A stretch of DNA of 52,584 nt from Candidatus Bathyarchaeota archaeon (GTDB lineage Archaea; Thermoproteota; Bathyarchaeia; Bathyarchaeales; DTEX01): contig QMXE01000001.1 of NCBI GenBank assembly GCA_003661975.1, positions 1 to 52,584 on the forward strand. The letters are read 5' to 3'. Positions 51,972-52,584 of this stretch are shown piece after piece; the stretch's first letter is position 1, and the number at the start of each line of letters is the position of its first letter. The position numbers and the translations under genes are program-made. Under the pieces are notes generated by a model, which made no database searches, was not told the DNA's origin, and saw nothing but the letters and a program-made list of their open reading frames with translations.

Positions 51972-52511
51972 GTGGTCTTCATGAATGTTCAAATTGTTGA
52001 TATTTCGATGCGAAACTTAGAGGATATACCTTCTCCATGTAGAAGCTGCATATATTGGGAGTTCCCTGACCTTTTTGGTAAAGTAGGCAGTGCTGAAGCC
52101 TTCTTTCACAAGAAAAACTGGTTCATTAAAGCATTAAGCGAGTTTGGCGTCTGTGGAAAGATCCTATATATAGATGAGGAACCATCCGGCTATGCCCAAT
52201 TTGCGCCATATCACATGCTTCCTCAAACAAGAGCATACGGCGACCATCAGGGCAGGGACGACGTGCTCTTTCTCTCATGCCTATTCATCTGCAAAGCCGA
52301 ATATCGTGGAATTGGATTGGGCTCAAAACTCCTTAAGAGTATAATATTCGATCTCAAAGCCCAGGGATTCGGCAGAATTGAGACTATTGCCAGAAGAGAC
52401 TCGGCAAATAATCCTTCAGGACCTCTTGAATTTTACTTAAAGAATGGCTTTGAAATAAAAAGAGAGCTTAATCAAAACTTCGTTTTGACGATACTTGATC
52501 TTAAAGGCTGA
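51972..52511 (+). CDS. GNAT-family N-acetyltransferase (with N-terminal CxxC)
   Basis: Motif A YRGIGLGSKLLKSIIFDLKAQG and a C-terminal FYLKNGFE. The likely start is ATG 51981 (MNVQIVD). Confidence 0.7.
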   Translation: MVFMNVQIVDISMRNLEDIPSPCRSCIYWEFPDLFGKVGSAEAFFHKKNWFIKALSEFGVCGKILYIDEEPSGYAQFAPYHMLPQTRAYGDHQGRDDVLFLSCLFICKAEYRGIGLGSKLLKSIIFDLKAQGFGRIETIARRDSANNPSGPLEFYLKNGFEIKRELNQNFVLTILDLKG

Positions 52512-52584
52512 CTCGAATTATTCGCGGTTCCAATCCATTTTAACATTGACGCCGCAAAGAAATGATCACTCTCATACTGAAGGA

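Noticed and set aside
1-52584. Scan by eye for CRISPR arrays, rRNA genes, IS elements, transposases, integrases, long terminal or inverted repeats and toxin-antitoxin pairs
   Set aside because: No regularly spaced repeats, no rRNA-like GC-rich structured segments, and no transposase or integrase-like ORFs were seen. This was a visual scan only, and a computational repeat search could still reveal short MITE-like elements.

Overview
Archaeal chromosomal segment with moderate GC (not computed) and thermophile-like K/E/I-rich proteins. The lineage call rests on archaeal-type LeuRS, AlaRS and AsnRS, ribosomal stalk protein P1, a GPN-loop GTPase, a class-III-signal-peptide pilin and a bulge-helix-bulge tRNA intron. 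Together these suggest a TACK/Thermoproteota-like organism. About 45 protein genes mix housekeeping functions with a dispersed carbohydrate repertoire. Housekeeping: leuS, alaS, asnS, rpl12/P1, thrC, sufC plus a SufB/D-family gene, speB, a Fap7-like kinase, a hemL-like aminotransferase. Carbohydrate-related: membrane-anchored GH38-like and GH31 glycosidases, a BNR/sialidase-fold protein, a FucI-like isomerase with a DUF6807/PmoA-like partner, a PfkB kinase, a GT4 glycosyltransferase with a UbiA prenyltransferase, a sulfatase-like enzyme, and MFS and ArsB/NhaD-type transporters. I saw no rRNA, CRISPR array, transposase/integrase or recognisable defence system. Main observations: (1) a threonine-synthase paralogue whose PLP-binding lysine is arginine and which carries a C-terminal PadR-like winged helix, a candidate ligand-sensing regulator; (2) a tRNA-Ser(CGA) whose acceptor stem is split after nucleotide 3 by a 20-nt intron in a bulge-helix-bulge fold; (3) a cluster of gene decay between about 7.5 and 19.5 kb, while all long housekeeping ORFs are intact. 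The decayed loci are a 6-fold disrupted ABC_ATPase-family gene (one break is a 7-nt tandem duplication), a SixA-like phosphatase with an amber codon at the catalytic Arg, and a frameshifted third member of the glycosidase operon; (4) an MtdA-like methylene-H4MPT/H4F dehydrogenase next to a URO-D/MtaA-superfamily protein; (5) a sulfatase-fold protein with Thr/His in place of the Cys/Arg formylglycine motif. All family assignments come from motif reading by eye and need HMM confirmation.
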